Positions 60,501 to 64,000 of a stretch of 64,000 nt of DNA are shown here, in pieces. The notes below the pieces were generated by a model, which saw only the letters and a list, made by a program, of their open reading frames with translations, searched no databases and had not been told where the DNA came from. The position numbers were made by a program, and so were the translations under genes. Each line of letters opens with the position of its first letter. Positions within the stretch are counted from its first letter, which is position 1. The stretch comes from Macrostomum lignano (lineage: Eukaryota), in the NCBI GenBank assembly GCA_002269645.1, contig NIVC01001079.1, forward strand, positions 62,001-126,000, in the 5' to 3' direction.

Positions 60501-60831
60501 GTCCATTAATTTTTAACAGTCAGTCAGTCAGCTGGCAATACTGAGTATTTCACATATCACACAGAGTGCACAGCGGCCCTGACTTTCTAATCGTTATGCG
60601 CATGTACAGTCATGGGGGCTGGCCCTCATGGGTGCAAATAGCATGACAACAACCCTCAGTCGGTCAATTTTCCTCTCATCATCTGTCCTCTCACCTGAGC
60701 GATTTCTGATCATTATTATTAGACCTGACGCCGGAGCCCGCAGTCAGGGAGGACGCGGCGCGCAGGTGCTGCAGCACAGGCAAGTCAGAGGCGCTCAGGT
60801 GCAGCATATCGGATGATTCGTCAACTGCCGG
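51575..60831 (-). CDS. Oxysterol-binding protein-related protein, ORP9/10/11 subfamily (5' end not resolved)
   Basis: Exons 60831-60695, 59278-58861, 56167-55829, 54864-54526 and 51718-51575 join in frame. Motifs: [48 protein letters not shown]|[24 protein letters not shown] signature [20 protein letters not shown]...KYF..W.FKQPL. No start exon or PH domain was found. Confidence 0.93.
51875..54475. repeat. 32/34-bp minisatellite (GAGATAGCACAGGTAGATTAAGACACACAGGT), ~2.6 kb
   Basis: About 80 copies in the last ORP intron. Confidence 0.97.
54900..55828. repeat. Three abutting minisatellites: 32 bp (AGGGGCGATTCTACAGTAGCAGAATGTAGGGT), ~33 bp, and 21 bp (GGAGCACACAGGGAGCACATT)
   Basis: Together they fill the intron from acceptor to donor. 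Confidence 0.95.
56240..56435. mobile_element. ~200-bp dispersed structured repeat, full copy B
   Basis: Aligns end to end with 42955-43156. Confidence 0.85.
56690..57107. repeat. 23-bp minisatellite (ATCAGGGGCGATTTTCAGAGAGT)
   Basis: Tandem copies, intronic. Confidence 0.95.
57672..58760. repeat. 16-bp minisatellite (AAGATTATGAACTRTC)
   Basis: About 68 copies, intronic. Confidence 0.96.
59325..60090. repeat. 24-bp minisatellite (CCTACCTACCTGCCAACCTACTAG) plus degenerate (CCTA)n
   Basis: Intronic. Confidence 0.92.
60435..60448. promoter_or_regulatory. RFX X-box-like site GTTGCTATGGAAAC
   Basis: Matches the established RFX palindromic consensus. It lies in an ORP intron. This is a sequence match only. 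Confidence 0.35.
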
Positions 60832-62047
60832 CTGCGGAGTAAAAATGAAGGACATACCGAGTCGTAAATGCACTTTTTCGTTTTCAACTCCACAGTTAAC
60901 TGAGCCGGTTGATTGGCAAACTGACTTACATGCACACGCAAGCTGAGCACACAGAACAATAGAATGCCTTTAGTTAGCAAAGTGAAAGTATAAGTTCCTT
61001 TCTGTTTCGTAACTATTCTAGCTATTGAAATAAGAGAGCCACGGCCTCTCTAGGAAAAGTGGGACTGTGGGAGAAGTGGCTGAGGACAGCCAGATCAGTC
61101 CAGTAACTGAAGGGGATATTTAACACAGCTGAGAGGTGGGTAGGGGTGTGGAAGAAGAGTATTAACCCCCTCCCCCCCCCGCATGGAAAGCGCTCATCGT
61201 TGCACTTGGGACCGATGCCAACCAATTGGAAGTCGGCCAAAGACGGATTTAATCCCACTCAAATTCAACCTACTGTGTCTGTGAGCCTCCCCTCCCCCTC
61301 TTCTGCCTGCCCGTCTGGATAAATATAATAGAGGAAACACTCTTGCCGCCTGCCTAACCCAACTAAAAATGAGTTCTGGCGCGCCATCGGATTCAAAATA
61401 GGGACTTGAGGTACTCTTGTTGCTAGCATAATCTGAAACAGAACCGGAAATCCCCTAGGACAGAATTGGAAGAATTGGAGAAACGCATGCATAAGCAGTC
61501 GAGATGAGCAACCGGGGGGAGGACATTGAGAATCGAGAGAAGTATTTCCGAGCAACTGTTCGCTTCCGTTGCTGCTGCTTAGCACTGGCCTAAATCCCGA
61601 GAGGAGCGAAGGAAGTGGTGGATGAAGAGGCAGAGCCGTGCGAGGGGAGGTGGGCCAAGATGGGGGCAGACGCGGGAGGCTGGAAGCGGGGTTTTTTATT
61701 TTATTTGAGTACGCGCTCAGGCCTGGGCGAACAGGCGGACAGACAAGCAAGTGAATGGTTTGTGTGTAGCACTCGGGGTTGGGGCCCACACTCATGATGC
61801 GCGATGAGGCCCAGGCGGATCGGAGGGAGACACATAAAATAAACATGAGCAAGGCTAGGATCGGCTAGGCTCGGCGGCTAGGCTCGGCGGCTAGGCTCGG
61901 ACGCCACTGGCGTTAGGGAAGTTTTTTGGTCGAACTGGACTACAAACAGATCGATACCAATATATCCAATTAGTGGCTAGTCAGTACAAGATGCAACAAA
62001 GCGAAACCTTGGCGAGTAGGTGAATAACTGGATTAATCAGTGCCTTT

Positions 62048-62578
62048 ATAAGTGCCTCCAGTATCCACCACAGCTGGCAGAAGTCCTGAATCCTCATCAG
62101 TAAGACAAGCCTTCATCTGTCTATAAGTGCCTCCAGTATCCTCCACAGCTGGCAGAAGTCCTGAATCCTCATCAGTAAGACAGCCTTCATCTGTCTATAC
62201 ATGTAAGTGCCTCCAGTATCCACCACAACTGGCAGAAGTCCTGAATCCTCATCAGTAAGACAGCCTTCATCTGTCTATAAGTGCCTCCAGTATCCACCAC
62301 AGCTGGCAGAAGTCCTGAATCCTCATCAGTAAGACAGCCTTCATCTGTCTATAAGTGCCTCCAGTATCCACCACAGCTGGCAGAAGTCCTGAATCCTCAT
62401 CAGTAAGACAGCCTTCATCTGTCTATAAGTGCCTCCAGTATCCGCCACAGCTGGCAGAAGTTATGAATCCTCATCAATAAGACAGCCTTCATCTGTCTAA
62501 GTGCCTCCAGTATCCATCACAGCTGGCAGAAGTTATGAATCCTCATCAGTAAGACAACCTTCATCTGTGAATAAGTGC
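62048..62578. repeat. 74-bp tandem repeat (about 7 copies)
   Basis: Unit TAAGTGCCTCCAGTATCCACCACAGCTGGCAGAAGTCCTGAATCCTCATCAGTAAGACAGCCTTCATCTGTCTA. Confidence 0.95.
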
Positions 62579-62949
62579 TAATATCAGTAATAGTCCCGAT
62601 AAAGAGGAATTAGACAAGCTAATAGAGCGGCAATTAGCCAAGATCTTTTAAACAAATTAAACTAGCTGTATAATAACCCTGGGGATAGGAAATTCAATTA
62701 TCAGGAACAGAGTGACGCAAATTAGCATTGGCAACGTGCCAGCAGTGCTGATGACTGCCTTTTGAAAGACAAAAAAAAGATTAATCAAATTCACAAAGTC
62801 GATTAAATTGCGTTCAAAAAGCGAAAAAAGATCCGTGCCACAGCAAGATAAGGAAAGCGAAGGAAAACCGCAATTTAAAAAATGAGGTCAAATAATACAC
62901 ACAAAGAACTTAAATTCGAATTTTTTAAAACAAATTCCTGCCAGACATT

Positions 62950-63295
62950 TTCCTGCCAGTGACATTTGCCTGTCAGTGACATTTGCCTGTCAGTGACATA
63001 CGACTGTCAGTGACATTTGCCTGTCAGTGACATTTGCCTGTCAGTGACATACGACTGTCAGTGATATTCGACTGCCAGAAACATTGGACTGCCAGTGACA
63101 TTTGCCTACCAGTGACATTTGTCTATCAGTGACATTTGCCTACCAGTGACATTTGCCTACCAGTGACATTTTCCTGTCAGTGATATTCGACTGCCAGTGA
63201 CATTTGCCTACCAGTGACATTTGTCTATCAGTGACATTTGCCTACCAGTGACATTTGCCTATCAGTGACATTTGCCTACCAGTGACATTTGCCTG
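62950..63295. repeat. 17-bp minisatellite (CCAGTGACATTTGCCTA)
   Basis: Tandem copies. Confidence 0.93.
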
Positions 63296-64000
63296 CGAAC
63301 CGTAGCTTTAAACCTGAATTTAGACTACGCGTGAATCCAAACCCGAATTTAAACCTCAAACTAAACGCTATGTTCTTTACGCGTATAATTTTGCTACCCC
63401 AATACTATAGTAGCAAGTGAAGTTAATAACTGTTAAAAATGAGATAAAAAAACAAGGCCCAGCATAAACTTACAGATATCGCGTCTTTAAATTTGCTACT
63501 ATTACTAAAAAGGTATAAGAAAAAATGCAACAGAGTTTAATTGGCAAACACACCTAACCTCCAGGGGAAAGGCACCTGGCTAATGCAAGTTAAAAAAGCA
63601 ATTTTAGCATACAATAGCTAGTCACAGCAAAAACTGTACAGCAACCATGCAAAACTATCTTTTGTTAAAGCAATTAGCAACTATGACTAAGTTAAACTAT
63701 TCAATACTAAGGCAAACACACATACACACACACACAACTTACACTCCATATCAATATTTGAGGCCTTCCGTAGCTGCACATTTGATACAGAGAATTCACT
63801 AATAGACACAATGGTAGTGAGGCACAGTATGGTCTAAGTCAAGCACAGATGAGAACTGACAAGCTGATAAATGGAAGTTGATTAGAGAAGTTACGAGACT
63901 AAAGATAGCGAGTAGCGACTAAAAGCAGACCTATACTGAGCGCTTAGAAGCGGATATATTTATGAATTTTCATCGGCTGTTAACGTCGGCAACGAAGGGG

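Noticed and set aside
41340-60831. Adjacency of two lipid-metabolism genes (GPCPD1 and ORP) as a functional cluster
   Set aside because: Two neighbouring housekeeping genes are not evidence of co-regulation without synteny or expression data.

Overview
This is eukaryotic (invertebrate metazoan) genomic DNA with spliced genes. No prokaryotic operons, rRNA, functional tRNA or CRISPR array were found. GC-rich exons separated by minisatellite-packed introns resemble the flatworm Macrostomum, but that assignment is inference only. Genes reconstructed by hand from splice sites and reading frames: (1) a 2-exon secreted precursor of a 6-Cys peptide (-, 7493-7971); (2) a 4-exon, 677-aa orphan with atypical CxxC...H zinc-finger-like motifs (+, 12202-17515); (3) an A1CF/RBM46/RBM47-family 3xRRM + dsRBD-like protein (-, ~20285-28816); (4) MITD1 (-, 34129-36200, one GC-AG intron); (5) a disrupted PAN + fibrinogen-domain gene (+, ~37068-38148); (6) GPCPD1/GDE5 (-, 41340-49382); (7) an ORP9/10/11-type oxysterol-binding protein (-, 51575 to at least 60831, 5' end not resolved). 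Mobile DNA: a decayed Ty3/gypsy pol, a young 1.85-kb LTR element without a long ORF (402-bp LTRs, AATG target-site duplication), a six-copy structured dispersed repeat and a tRNA-like SINE-type head. About 35 tandem-repeat arrays explain most long ORFs in the track. The most interesting items are the Cys-rich peptide precursor, minisatellites made of splice-site-like units (one array could add in-frame 14-aa repeats to the zinc-finger-like protein) and the hairpin-conserving dispersed repeat.
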